In this document: positions 8,549-16,856 of the stretch, one piece after another | How the letters are laid out: each line of letters opens with the position of its first letter | Numbering within the stretch: position 1 is the first letter of the stretch | Source: a virus | IMG/VR virus record: IMGVR_UViG_3300033512_000347 | Coordinates: 1-21,082 of that record | Strand: one strand, 5' to 3' | Length of the DNA stretch: 21,082 nt | The notes under the pieces: generated by a model | Told to the model about the DNA's origin: nothing | Database searches by the model: none | Seen by the model: the letters and a program-made list of their open reading frames with translations, nothing else | Made by a program: the position numbers and the translations under genes

Positions 8549-8874
8549 AATAAAAATAATTTAGTTGGGTAATATCCAAATATCCATTTAGTAACTCCAC
8601 ATAACCAAGCTTCAAAAGGAGTAATATTATTCCCTTCTACCAAATAAGTAGCACCATCATAATCCTCTTCCCTAAGTTTAGTTAAAGAATATTTATAATG
8701 CTCTATTTCCTGTTCACTCCAATATATAATAGCTTTATTATCACCTTGTGATATAATATCTAATAAAACATCCGCACCACAAACCATTTCCAAATCACTT
8801 CTTTCTCCATCCCAATCAGGTAATACTACATACCATCTCCCATCAAAATCTTTTTCAAATTCAAATCTTTTCAT
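8545..8874 (-). CDS. Conserved hypothetical protein, DUF6717-like
   Basis: The WYVVLPDW...LEMVCGADVLLD...WLCGVTKWIFGYYP pattern is recalled for DUF6717; not verified by search. Confidence 0.6.
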   Translation of the reverse strand: MKRFEFEKDFDGRWYVVLPDWDGERSDLEMVCGADVLLDIISQGDNKAIIYWSEQEIEHYKYSLTKLREEDYDGATYLVEGNNITPFEAWLCGVTKWIFGYYPTKLFLL

Positions 8875-8876
8875 AA

Positions 8877-9401
8877 TTAATAAATTTCGTAATGTGGGTC
8901 TGATGTATTATTTCCTATCATTTGGTTAAATTCTTCAATAGTTAATTCTCTTGCATCATTGTAAAAACTATTTTTAGTACCAGTACCATGAACCCCTTTA
9001 TAACTTTTACAACCATCCATTCCTATATATGGATATTCCCAATCCTTTATATCTTTTTGATCAGTTAATTCCACTAAATAATCTCTAACTTGTTGATAGT
9101 CATTTTTAATAAACCAATATTCAGGTAATTTTGTTTCTTTAATTGGTATATTTTCTTCCTTAATTTTTTTTATTACTAAGTTTTCAAACTCTTTAAATGT
9201 AATTTGTTTAAATCCCTTCTTTTTTAAATTAGATGATTCTGTTCTATCAACCCAATTATTTGTAAAATCACCATTATGATAACCATTAATATTAGTGGTT
9301 TTATGGTAACTCCAACCTTTATTAAATTTTTTATTTATAATATCAAATTCCTCTCTTGAAGAATATAATATAAACCATTTTTCCGGTAATTCTGTTCTCA
9401 T
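8877..9401 (-). CDS. YEIY-tailed protein, family A with two tandem domains
   Basis: TELPEKWFI...ITFKEF and TKLPEYWFI...LTIEEF, with a single terminal DPHYEIY. Confidence 0.9.
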   Translation of the reverse strand: MRTELPEKWFILYSSREEFDIINKKFNKGWSYHKTTNINGYHNGDFTNNWVDRTESSNLKKKGFKQITFKEFENLVIKKIKEENIPIKETKLPEYWFIKNDYQQVRDYLVELTDQKDIKDWEYPYIGMDGCKSYKGVHGTGTKNSFYNDARELTIEEFNQMIGNNTSDPHYEIY

Positions 9402-9403
9402 GA

Positions 9404-9658
9404 TTAATAGATTTCGTATTGTGGTTCAGTTGATTCGGATTCTTCATTGAAAATAGTAGCCCACACACCATCAATATATAAACACCCATTCCCAGAATTT
9501 GCAAAGATTCTATTATGAGCACGATTTTCATAAGTGTGGTCATCTTTCGTTAATGTTCTCCAATTCCCTTTTTTGGGGTCACTAGGATCTTTAAATTTAC
9601 ATCCAATAGGAAACCTTCTTCTAGCTTCCTCTTGTATTTTTTTCATTTCTTCTGTCAT
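9404..9658 (-). CDS. YEIY-tailed small protein, family C
   Basis: EARRRFPIGCKF...LYIDGVWATI; ends EPQYEIY. Confidence 0.9.
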   Translation of the reverse strand: MTEEMKKIQEEARRRFPIGCKFKDPSDPKKGNWRTLTKDDHTYENRAHNRIFANSGNGCLYIDGVWATIFNEESESTEPQYEIY

Positions 9659-9659
9659 A

Positions 9660-10313
9660 TTAATCTAAATTAAAATCTTTTCTTAATGAGGGAAAACCAT
9701 CATATATAGCTTGTTTTAAATCATCAAAATCTTTAACTTTTCTATAAAGATCTAAATCACCATTTATACAATTATGATAAAATAATTCACCTGTTTTATT
9801 ATTATATTCTAAATCCTCCCAATCACCCCAAATATGTTGTCTTGGTGGAGGGTATTGTCTTAATCCTAAATCTTCAAGATCTTTATTAGTAACTTCACTA
9901 ATCTTTTTATTAATTATTAAATTATTTGATACATAACCATTATTAGTCCCTCCATAATCCCCTCTATAATAAATAGAACCTTTTGGAATAGTACATTCAT
10001 ACACAACATAATCATCACATGAACGCAACTCATAATCATTTTTGTTTATTTGGGTGTGATATCCTTGATGTATGTCAATCCAATTACTAAAATGTGCACC
10101 AATCCCTAATTCCACTTGAGGTAATGGTTTACCAACTAAATTTAGAGTTTTTTGGAATGGAGACTTAACCACACCAACTATATCCGTTTCAATATATGCC
10201 TTATAACAAATTATATCTTTCTTTGCTATAAGTGGTTTTAGTTTAGGTTGTATTCCAAATATTTTTTGGAAAATGTTTTTTTCATAATTTCTTGGAGTTA
10301 CTGTTAAACACAT
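9660..10313 (-). CDS. Hypothetical phage protein
   Basis: 217 aa with MCL...IAKKDIICYK...HQGYH...CTIPKGSIYY motifs; function unknown. Confidence 0.85.
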   Translation of the reverse strand: MCLTVTPRNYEKNIFQKIFGIQPKLKPLIAKKDIICYKAYIETDIVGVVKSPFQKTLNLVGKPLPQVELGIGAHFSNWIDIHQGYHTQINKNDYELRSCDDYVVYECTIPKGSIYYRGDYGGTNNGYVSNNLIINKKISEVTNKDLEDLGLRQYPPPRQHIWGDWEDLEYNNKTGELFYHNCINGDLDLYRKVKDFDDLKQAIYDGFPSLRKDFNLD

Positions 10314-10317
10314 AATA

Positions 10318-10545
10318 TTAATAAATTTCGTAAGTTTCTATATATTCTTCTATTACTTCCAAATTATTTATAGTACGGCAAAATAGAGTACCATCATCTG
10401 CTCTTATTTGAGCTTGATCATTAATTCCAATTTCAGCTTTATATTGAACAATAATCCCTTCTTCACCACGTTCCATTGTTCTATCATATGGAAAATCTGA
10501 TGCATTTCCATAAGTTGTTGCTTTAACTCTATCTCCTATTTTCAT
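10318..10545 (-). CDS. YEIY-tailed small protein, family B (start revised to 10545)
   Basis: MKIGDRVK; promoter core 10563-10575 upstream; ends IETYEIY. Confidence 0.85.
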   Translation of the reverse strand: MKIGDRVKATTYGNASDFPYDRTMERGEEGIIVQYKAEIGINDQAQIRADDGTLFCRTINNLEVIEEYIETYEIY

Positions 10546-10561
10546 AACTTTTAATTTATAA

Positions 10562-10613
10562 TGTAAATATACGAATTTTAATTTGAATAAAAAATTCCTT
10601 AGTAAACTTCGTA
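10562..10613. repeat. 52-bp direct repeat, copy 2 (YEVY-stop + promoter)
   Basis: Matches 5702-5753 with one mismatch. Confidence 0.9.
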
Positions 10614-10844
10614 ATCTAATTCTTGGTTTACTAATTTTAAACAATAATATAACGAATCTCCACTACCATCATTTATATTACCATGACCACCAGTTCCATC
10701 AGTAAATCTAATAATATAGTGGTTTTCTCTCTCATTATAATCAAATTCTTTGATTATTTTTATATTACCTGTCCACAGATTATTACCCAAACCTGATACT
10801 TTAAAGCCAGTACTTAATATCTCTACTTTATCTCCTACTTTCAT
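10599..10844 (-). CDS. YEVY-tailed small protein, family B
   Basis: MKVGDKV; ends ELDYEVY. Confidence 0.85.
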   Translation of the reverse strand: MKVGDKVEILSTGFKVSGLGNNLWTGNIKIIKEFDYNERENHYIIRFTDGTGGHGNINDGSGDSLYYCLKLVNQELDYEVY

Positions 10845-11614
10845 AATAATTTTTCTTTTATTAATATATTTTCAATACTTTTAATTAAATCAAATATTGT
10901 TCCATTATTTTGGATTACATAATCGAATTCTGTATAATTATCTAACGCAGTTTCACTGAAATGAGTTAATTGAGTATATAAGTTGATGTCTTTGGTATGT
11001 ACTTCTTCTAAGTTTTGATATTCAGGGAAACGTAAGTTAAAGTCACGTTCGATTCTAAATGTTAACCCATTTTTATTTTTAACAGCTTTAACCTCATTTG
11101 GGAATCTATTATCAGTAACAATCCATTTTGAATCTGGTTTATATCCACTCATAGTACATATAACCCATAAATCTGGATGTATTATGTTACGTCCTGCTTC
11201 TGTACCTAGTAATTGCATTAGTAGGCGAGGAGTCATTACTATTAATTCCCACTGTGGTTGGTTAGATTTATGAATAATTTTATGATAATGTTCACTAGAT
11301 ATAAATGGGGATTCAGAATTCTTAAGTTTATATTTATTCCATTCTTCACCTAATGGAGTATCTTTAAATACTCTATCCTCAAGTTGCTCTCTAGTACAGG
11401 CAAGCATCATACAAACCATATCTTTAAGTTTGTCTGCGAATTTTTTAATTTGCCAAGAGCATGTTAAATGATGATTATTTTTAATAAAAGTATTAAAATC
11501 ATCTTCCGAAATAGGATATTTTACACCTCGTAATTTACGAGCCATCAAATATTGGATTATTTGTCCTGTTAGATCTTTACCTGAATTAATTGATGCACTT
11601 ATAGATATTATCAT
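10841..11614 (-). CDS. Deoxynucleoside monophosphate kinase (T4 gp1-like)
   Basis: P-loop-like SINSGKD, FADKLK, TPRLLMQLLGTEAGR, IVTDNRFPNE, HFSETALD. Confidence 0.9.
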   Translation of the reverse strand: MIISISASINSGKDLTGQIIQYLMARKLRGVKYPISEDDFNTFIKNNHHLTCSWQIKKFADKLKDMVCMMLACTREQLEDRVFKDTPLGEEWNKYKLKNSESPFISSEHYHKIIHKSNQPQWELIVMTPRLLMQLLGTEAGRNIIHPDLWVICTMSGYKPDSKWIVTDNRFPNEVKAVKNKNGLTFRIERDFNLRFPEYQNLEEVHTKDINLYTQLTHFSETALDNYTEFDYVIQNNGTIFDLIKSIENILIKEKLL

Positions 11615-11617
11615 AAT

Positions 11618-12220
11618 TTATTTTATATTTGGTCTGAAACTTGTAACCTTGTTGAAACCTTTATTTTCCAATTTCTGGATATCAGTTAGGAATGGTACTT
11701 GTTCTAATAATTCGTCTAATTGTTTGGATAAGTATTCTTGAATCCAAATATATATTTCTTCTGCTCCGATAAATGAACCTAAATTTAATTCTTCTAATTT
11801 TGGAAATTTAGAATAAGTATCATTATTATGTTTTATTAATATAGGACAATTTTGTTTTTTATTAATATTAATATAACCATCAACAGGCTCTAAAGCATAA
11901 TAATAATTTTTACTGTATCTTCTTCCATCTTCTCTTATGGTAATATAAGGATAATCAATTCCATCCCATTTATTATTTTCATCCGTTTTGAATTGAATTA
12001 AATCTTTACCATAATAAATTTTATTTTGGAATCTATAACCCTCAATCATTCTACCACAAATAATTAAGGTAATTTTATAAGATTTATCTTTTTCAAAATC
12101 ATATTTTTCTCCTAATGGTTTAGGATTACCATCACGTCTGTCTAATATCAGTTTAGGATCTTCACCCCAAATACCTGTTATATAGTCATAGTAATCTTTA
12201 TATTTTGACAACAACTTCAT
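11618..12220 (-). CDS. Hypothetical phage protein
   Basis: 200 aa; KDYYDY...GEDPKLILDRR N-terminus and KGFNKVTSFR C-terminus. Confidence 0.85.
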   Translation of the reverse strand: MKLLSKYKDYYDYITGIWGEDPKLILDRRDGNPKPLGEKYDFEKDKSYKITLIICGRMIEGYRFQNKIYYGKDLIQFKTDENNKWDGIDYPYITIREDGRRYSKNYYYALEPVDGYININKKQNCPILIKHNNDTYSKFPKLEELNLGSFIGAEEIYIWIQEYLSKQLDELLEQVPFLTDIQKLENKGFNKVTSFRPNIK

Positions 12221-12229
12221 GTTATTTTA

Positions 12230-12478
12230 TTATAATATTTTATCAGTTATTTTCTTTAGAATATAGATCAATAATATTGAACCACAAACTCCAAAAACTA
12301 AACCATTGGATGTTGATTCAGATTCATTATTATTTATCCTTGCATTACAAGGGATTAATTCAGTATATGGTGGAACTTTACCATTACACTCATATTTAAT
12401 AAACTTAACTTGTTTTACATGAGGTGTTTGTGAATATGTATTATGAATATTACCTTCATGACATGATATATAAGGCAT
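12230..12478 (-). CDS. Hypothetical protein with C-terminal TM helix
   Basis: Hydrophobic segment GLVFGVCGSILLIYIL. Confidence 0.65.
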   Translation of the reverse strand: MPYISCHEGNIHNTYSQTPHVKQVKFIKYECNGKVPPYTELIPCNARINNNESESTSNGLVFGVCGSILLIYILKKITDKIL

Positions 12479-12480
12479 AA

Positions 12481-12753
12481 TTATATTATTTCTCCCCTTT
12501 CAATTTCCAATCCTCTTTGCCATTTATTAAAAGCCTTAGTAATACATTTTATTACTTCAATTTTACTATAGTTAGGATCTTCTATATCAATATGAGTCCA
12601 AAATACCATTTTAGGTATTTCTTTCATTTTTCCAAACTCAATAAACCAATTTCTATAAGAATGAACAAATTCTGTTCCTTTATAAAAATGAGTACAACCA
12701 TCAGAATCAATTTCATATTGAAATTCAATATCGTTAAATATAATTTTCTTCAT
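12481..12753 (-). CDS. Hypothetical protein
   Basis: 90-aa ORF with TAATTATG coupling. Confidence 0.8.
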   Translation of the reverse strand: MKKIIFNDIEFQYEIDSDGCTHFYKGTEFVHSYRNWFIEFGKMKEIPKMVFWTHIDIEDPNYSKIEVIKCITKAFNKWQRGLEIERGEII

Positions 12754-12755
12754 AA

Positions 12756-13037
12756 TTAATAAATTTCGTATTGTGGTTCAGCATATTTGTTTAAAACAAG
12801 CGTTTTAAATTCTTCAAATGTTAATTCTACATAACTTGAGTAGTCGTAAGCTTTTCTAATATTAGAATTATAATAGTATGAGCCGTCTTCTAAATGTTTG
12901 GACAATAAAAAATCCCCAGGTTGAAAATCTGCGGTTTTTAAATATGATGTAGCTTTTTGTAGTCTCCAACCATTTAATACCTCTCTGTTAAGTTCATTAC
13001 ATTCAACAAACCATTTTTTCGGTAATTTTGTTCTCAT
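12756..13037 (-). CDS. YEIY-tailed small protein, family A
   Basis: MRTKLPKKW...ELTFEEF...EPQYEIY. Confidence 0.9.
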   Translation of the reverse strand: MRTKLPKKWFVECNELNREVLNGWRLQKATSYLKTADFQPGDFLLSKHLEDGSYYYNSNIRKAYDYSSYVELTFEEFKTLVLNKYAEPQYEIY

Positions 13038-13039
13038 AA

Positions 13040-13252
13040 TTAATAAATTTCATATTGAGGTTCATTATATTTAAATCCCCATTTAATTAATAATAAATTT
13101 GCTTTATCTCCACAATACTTACCAGGTAGGTTTTGATAAATCCCATCTTGCAAACCATAGTTTAAAATATAACATAATTCATCATAATCTCCTGTTTTGG
13201 GAATATTACATAGATTATAATTTTTATTATAATATTTATCAAAATTTCCCAT
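13040..13252 (-). CDS. YEIY-tailed small protein
   Basis: Ends NEPQYEIY. Confidence 0.85.
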   Translation of the reverse strand: MGNFDKYYNKNYNLCNIPKTGDYDELCYILNYGLQDGIYQNLPGKYCGDKANLLLIKWGFKYNEPQYEIY

Positions 13253-13254
13253 AG

Positions 13255-13644
13255 TTATTTAGATTTTGTATATTTAATTGTTTTCATCGATAATAAACGC
13301 TCATTTATTCTTTGTTTTATAATATCATTGGCTTCAGCTGTAGCTTCCCAATCATTCATTAAATTAATTGGAATATCTTCAAAACTATTATGTTTGCTTT
13401 CAATATCAAAACCACGTGCAATACATTCATTATATAATAGTTCGTATCTATTTTTAATAAATCCTACTTTATTATAAAAGAATTTAACATGACCTATTCC
13501 TAAAGTAAATTTTTTAGGAATATCTTTAATAATAGCACGACCAGATCTAATGGTATTTGGTACTCTAGTTATTTCTCTATGTTCTGCTAATAAATGAGTA
13601 TCACATAATTCGAATGGAGGGATAGAAGCATTTATTCTCGTCAT
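13255..13644 (-). CDS. denV: Pyrimidine dimer DNA glycosylase / endonuclease V
   Basis: MTRIN N-terminus, HLLAEHREITR and FTLGIGHVKFFYNK match the T4 DenV signature. Confidence 0.95.
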   Translation of the reverse strand: MTRINASIPPFELCDTHLLAEHREITRVPNTIRSGRAIIKDIPKKFTLGIGHVKFFYNKVGFIKNRYELLYNECIARGFDIESKHNSFEDIPINLMNDWEATAEANDIIKQRINERLLSMKTIKYTKSK

Positions 13645-13898
13645 TAGTATATCTCGTAATTAGGTTCGTTGTTTAATACTTCTGAAAGGGAGAATAATTT
13701 ATATTCTTTTTTTGTTGCATATTTTAGATCACTGGTTTCACCTTCATATGGGTATAATATTATTTCATCAAAATAAAAATCATAACGTAAATTTCCATTA
13801 TTGTATTTAATTTCATTAAGATAATCAATTAGTTTTTTGAAATCTTCATATGAATCAATAATAATACCCTGCTCGTATTCTAAGTTTTTTATATTCAT
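13644..13898 (-). CDS. YEIY-tailed small protein
   Basis: Ends NEPNYEIY. Confidence 0.85.
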   Translation of the reverse strand: MNIKNLEYEQGIIIDSYEDFKKLIDYLNEIKYNNGNLRYDFYFDEIILYPYEGETSDLKYATKKEYKLFSLSEVLNNEPNYEIY

Positions 13899-13918
13899 AA
13901 CCTTAATTTTTATATATT

Positions 13919-13955
13919 GTAAATATACGAAAAGAGGATCATAGATCCTCTTCCT
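13919..13955 (-). promoter_or_regulatory. Hairpin/terminator fused to a promoter core
   Basis: 37 bp identical to 6047-6083. Confidence 0.8.
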
Positions 13956-14079
13956 TATAAAAATTTTTAATATCTTCTTCTAATTCTAGTTGTATTCTCT
14001 CTAGATCCTTAATAACTTTTTTAGGTAATGGTTTACCTAAAGTAATAGTTTCAGACCAAGATTTAATACATTCCTCTCT

Positions 14080-14274
14080 TCATTTCTCACCCTCTATTAT
14101 ATCAGCATCTAACATTCCCCGAAACGTCATAAAATCCTCTATAACATTACCATCATGTTCTTCATCCGGTTTGTATTGAGGTGATTGAAAAAACTGTACT
14201 AATTCTCCTTTACTCGCTGATACGTTGGGAGTTGATGATAAAAGTTCCGCTATTTTAACTTTAGTAAATTTCAT
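14080..14274 (-). CDS. Hypothetical protein
   Basis: 64 aa; the ATG is embedded in the upstream YEIY codons. Confidence 0.7.
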   Translation of the reverse strand: MKFTKVKIAELLSSTPNVSASKGELVQFFQSPQYKPDEEHDGNVIEDFMTFRGMLDADIIEGEK

Positions 14275-14521
14275 AGTGGGTTTCTTCAGTTTGTGAGATT
14301 TCGTTTGGGGTAGCTAATCTAAAAGCACGAATATCATTGGAACATTGAGAATATTTCATTTTTGAATCTTTATTAATAATATTATGTATTCCTAAATTAC
14401 TACCTATACTACAAACTTGCCCAACAACACCTTTCATCCAAAATCCTACACCGGTATCATACCCCCCAAATTCACCTCCTAAATAGTAAACCCAATCTCC
14501 AATTTTAAAATTTGTTTCCAT
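14261..14521 (-). CDS. YEIY-tailed small protein, family B
   Basis: FKIGDWV...RLATPNEI; ends ETHYEIY. Confidence 0.85.
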   Translation of the reverse strand: METNFKIGDWVYYLGGEFGGYDTGVGFWMKGVVGQVCSIGSNLGIHNIINKDSKMKYSQCSNDIRAFRLATPNEISQTEETHYEIY

Positions 14522-14523
14522 AT

Positions 14524-14793
14524 TTAGTAAATTTCATATTGTGGTGTATTATCTTCTATCTCTCCATCAAACCAAACACCTTTTTCATACATTATATAAC
14601 ACCCTCTACCTCTATTATACACAACATCTCTTATTTCACAATAGTCAAAACTACTACCAAATCTTGCATCATTTTTAGAATATGGTGGTGTATCTTTATC
14701 TTCACGGGTTGTATCTCTTAGAGCTATATATCTCTCCCCATTTCCGGTACTTTTGGATTTGGCTTTAGCTAATAATTTTTGTTCTTTATTCAT
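14524..14793 (-). CDS. YEIY-tailed small protein, family C
   Basis: MYEKGVWF; ends DNTPQYEIY. Confidence 0.85.
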   Translation of the reverse strand: MNKEQKLLAKAKSKSTGNGERYIALRDTTREDKDTPPYSKNDARFGSSFDYCEIRDVVYNRGRGCYIMYEKGVWFDGEIEDNTPQYEIY

Positions 14794-14795
14794 GA

Positions 14796-14984
14796 CTATT
14801 TAATTTTTATACCACCCCAACGGAGCATGTTATTAATTCTGTTTTCTAATGTTATAAAATCTTGGATTTCAATACAATATAGTAGTTGTTCGTGTTGAAA
14901 TTGGGAAGTGGTATTTAACATATCACCTTCAAAATAATCTTCATCTATTATATAAGTTTTACCTTTATAATTAATAGATTTCAT
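14796..14984 (-). CDS. Hypothetical protein (start revised to 14984)
   Basis: MKSINYKG...; the ATG is embedded in the upstream YEIY codons. Confidence 0.7.
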   Translation of the reverse strand: MKSINYKGKTYIIDEDYFEGDMLNTTSQFQHEQLLYCIEIQDFITLENRINNMLRWGGIKIK

Positions 14985-15216
14985 ATTGTGGGACCATATT
15001 GGTTTGTTGGTTTGATAAAATAATTTCAACATCTTTCTTAAAAATACCTAAATATCTATCACTATCAATAGAATAAACAATAAAATTATTTAAATAATCA
15101 CGTTTTCTTATTATTCCTTCTCTACCCACATCTCCATCAGGTTTACCATAATCAACACCTCCAGTATGATTTCCTGGTATTCTTTTAACTACAAGTACTC
15201 TATCTCCTATTTTCAT
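14971..15216 (-). CDS. YEIY-tailed small protein, family B
   Basis: MKIGDRV; ends VPQYEIY; promoter core 15234-15246 upstream. Confidence 0.85.
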   Translation of the reverse strand: MKIGDRVLVVKRIPGNHTGGVDYGKPDGDVGREGIIRKRDYLNNFIVYSIDSDRYLGIFKKDVEIILSNQQTNMVPQYEIY

Positions 15217-15258
15217 AACTTTTAATTTATAGTGTAAATATACGAACTTTGGTTTAAA

Positions 15259-15284
15259 TAAAAAATTCCTCTTTCGAGGAATTT
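15259..15284 (-). terminator. Intrinsic terminator
   Basis: The - strand reads AAATTCCTC-GAAA-GAGGAATTT-TTT right after the 15287 stop. Confidence 0.8.
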
Positions 15285-15286
15285 AA

Positions 15287-16516
15287 TTATTTGCAATTTC
15301 CGGATATTGTGAATCCTGTTTTACCTAATGGTGAATAAACTTTGACTTCTGAATCTCCGTTGCTGTCATTAAATGGAACTGTTATATTGGTTGTTTTTTC
15401 TGTATAAATAACAAATTCTGTCACTCCACCATCTATAAGTTGTTGGAGTTTTTGTAATCCTACTTGTACTTCTTGTCTAGTGTCTTTCTGGTAATCGTAT
15501 TTTTGGTTTGAAATTTTACCAATTAATTCTTCTAACGATGATGCGGATATTTTTTGTATTTTAGAACCAGATAACGCTTCATTACCTTCTTTTTCAATTT
15601 CTGTTAATTGTGCTACATATAATGGAACGAATTTCCATTCTTTATATATAGATTTCTTAGTAGTGATATACCCAGTATCTGATTTAATGCTTCCATTATC
15701 GTCTGTAATTACTAATCTATCTGGGATGGTACCTGTAGAAAAATTAACACTTCCTTGTCCTGATAATTCTGATGTTGATGTTATATAGTTATTTTCTTTA
15801 ACACCTTGAGTACCACCTTCTTCACTTTTCTTAAAACCACATATACTTTCAGAATCAATATATATTTCAACTCTTACTGATTGTTCTTTTTTGAATTTGG
15901 GGTCTAATGGATTGTCAACACCTTTTTTATATTCTGTAGTACCTATTTCTGTTTTAACTTTAACATCTTTAAAACCAAATTTAGATAATAAGGTTTGAAT
16001 ATTAGATGCTCTTTCTTGGGCTAATTCTCCCTTACCATAACCTTGAGGGTTAGTAACTTTAGACTCAGATGCTACTACTCTAATTTTATAATTAGATTTT
16101 TTATTGGTTTTTAACCAATTTTGTAATTCTTTTATCTTTTGTTGTAATATTTCTTTCCCTGTTAGGTTAGATTGACCACTTTCAAAATTTTCGGAAAAAT
16201 CTATACTTTTTATTACTTTAGAAGATGAACTTGTTTCCCCAACACCTTGAGTTAACTCAGTTTGAATAGCATTAAACGTATCAGGACTATATGTATTTAT
16301 AGCTTTAGCCATAGTTGGATTTAACATTAATGCTGTTAACATAGCTAATGAATAATTTTTCCAATTTTTAGTTAAATACTGTACTCCTTTTTTTATTGAA
16401 TTTTCACTAACCTCAGTTAAAGGTTGAGAAAATATTTTATTGAATTTAATATATTCTTGTCTCTCTTGTGGAGAAAGTTTACCTAAAGAAAGTTTTAATT
16501 GTTCTCTTTTATCCAT
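15287..16516 (-). CDS. 409-aa protein with an OmpA-C-like central domain; possible envelope or virion protein
   Basis: NFESGQSNL...IRVVASES...LAQERASNIQTLL...EQSVRVEI resembles the OmpA-like fold pattern. There is a hydrophobic segment near residues 55-72. Confidence 0.5.
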   Translation of the reverse strand: MDKREQLKLSLGKLSPQERQEYIKFNKIFSQPLTEVSENSIKKGVQYLTKNWKNYSLAMLTALMLNPTMAKAINTYSPDTFNAIQTELTQGVGETSSSSKVIKSIDFSENFESGQSNLTGKEILQQKIKELQNWLKTNKKSNYKIRVVASESKVTNPQGYGKGELAQERASNIQTLLSKFGFKDVKVKTEIGTTEYKKGVDNPLDPKFKKEQSVRVEIYIDSESICGFKKSEEGGTQGVKENNYITSTSELSGQGSVNFSTGTIPDRLVITDDNGSIKSDTGYITTKKSIYKEWKFVPLYVAQLTEIEKEGNEALSGSKIQKISASSLEELIGKISNQKYDYQKDTRQEVQVGLQKLQQLIDGGVTEFVIYTEKTTNITVPFNDSNGDSEVKVYSPLGKTGFTISGNCK

Positions 16517-16522
16517 TATTTT

Positions 16523-16840
16523 TTATTTGATATAAATATATCTTTTTTCTATTTTATTTGGACCTTTTTTATATTTAATTTTAGTTTTAATTAAATATGT
16601 TCCTTCGGGTAAATATTTTAAATTATTTATTTTACCCGAAGTTATGATGTAATTAAAATATATCCCATCATTATTGATATTTTTTAGAAAAATACATTTT
16701 TCTAATTCACCCTCTCTAAGTTCTGTTTGGATATGAAGATGGTTTTTATTTTCCAATTTAATATCGAAACCATTAAAACTATAATCTTGACTATTAATAT
16801 AACCTATATTAAATAGTAATAATAAAAATATACTTTTCAT
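16523..16840 (-). CDS. Signal-peptide protein resembling a stand-alone T9SS type-A C-terminal sorting domain
   Basis: Probable signal peptide ending INS|Q, and a C-terminus NLKYLPEGTYLIK...KRYIYIK. Confidence 0.55.
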   Translation of the reverse strand: MKSIFLLLLFNIGYINSQDYSFNGFDIKLENKNHLHIQTELREGELEKCIFLKNINNDGIYFNYIITSGKINNLKYLPEGTYLIKTKIKYKKGPNKIEKRYIYIK

Positions 16841-16856
16841 AACCTTAATTTTATAT

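Noticed and set aside
9343-9543. 66-aa alternative-frame ORF
   Set aside because: It overlaps two well-supported tagged genes almost entirely.
8022-13252. Resemblance of EPQYEIY to the Src-SH2 ligand EPQpYEEI or to EPIYA effector motifs
   Set aside because: The context is a bacterial-host phage and the motif is strictly terminal. Nothing supports a eukaryotic target, so it is treated as coincidence.
3994-14083. Stop-codon reassignment (TAG or TGA)
   Set aside because: TAG terminates tagged genes at the same position as TAA, TGA occurs in normal ATGA overlaps, and coding density is already high in the standard code.
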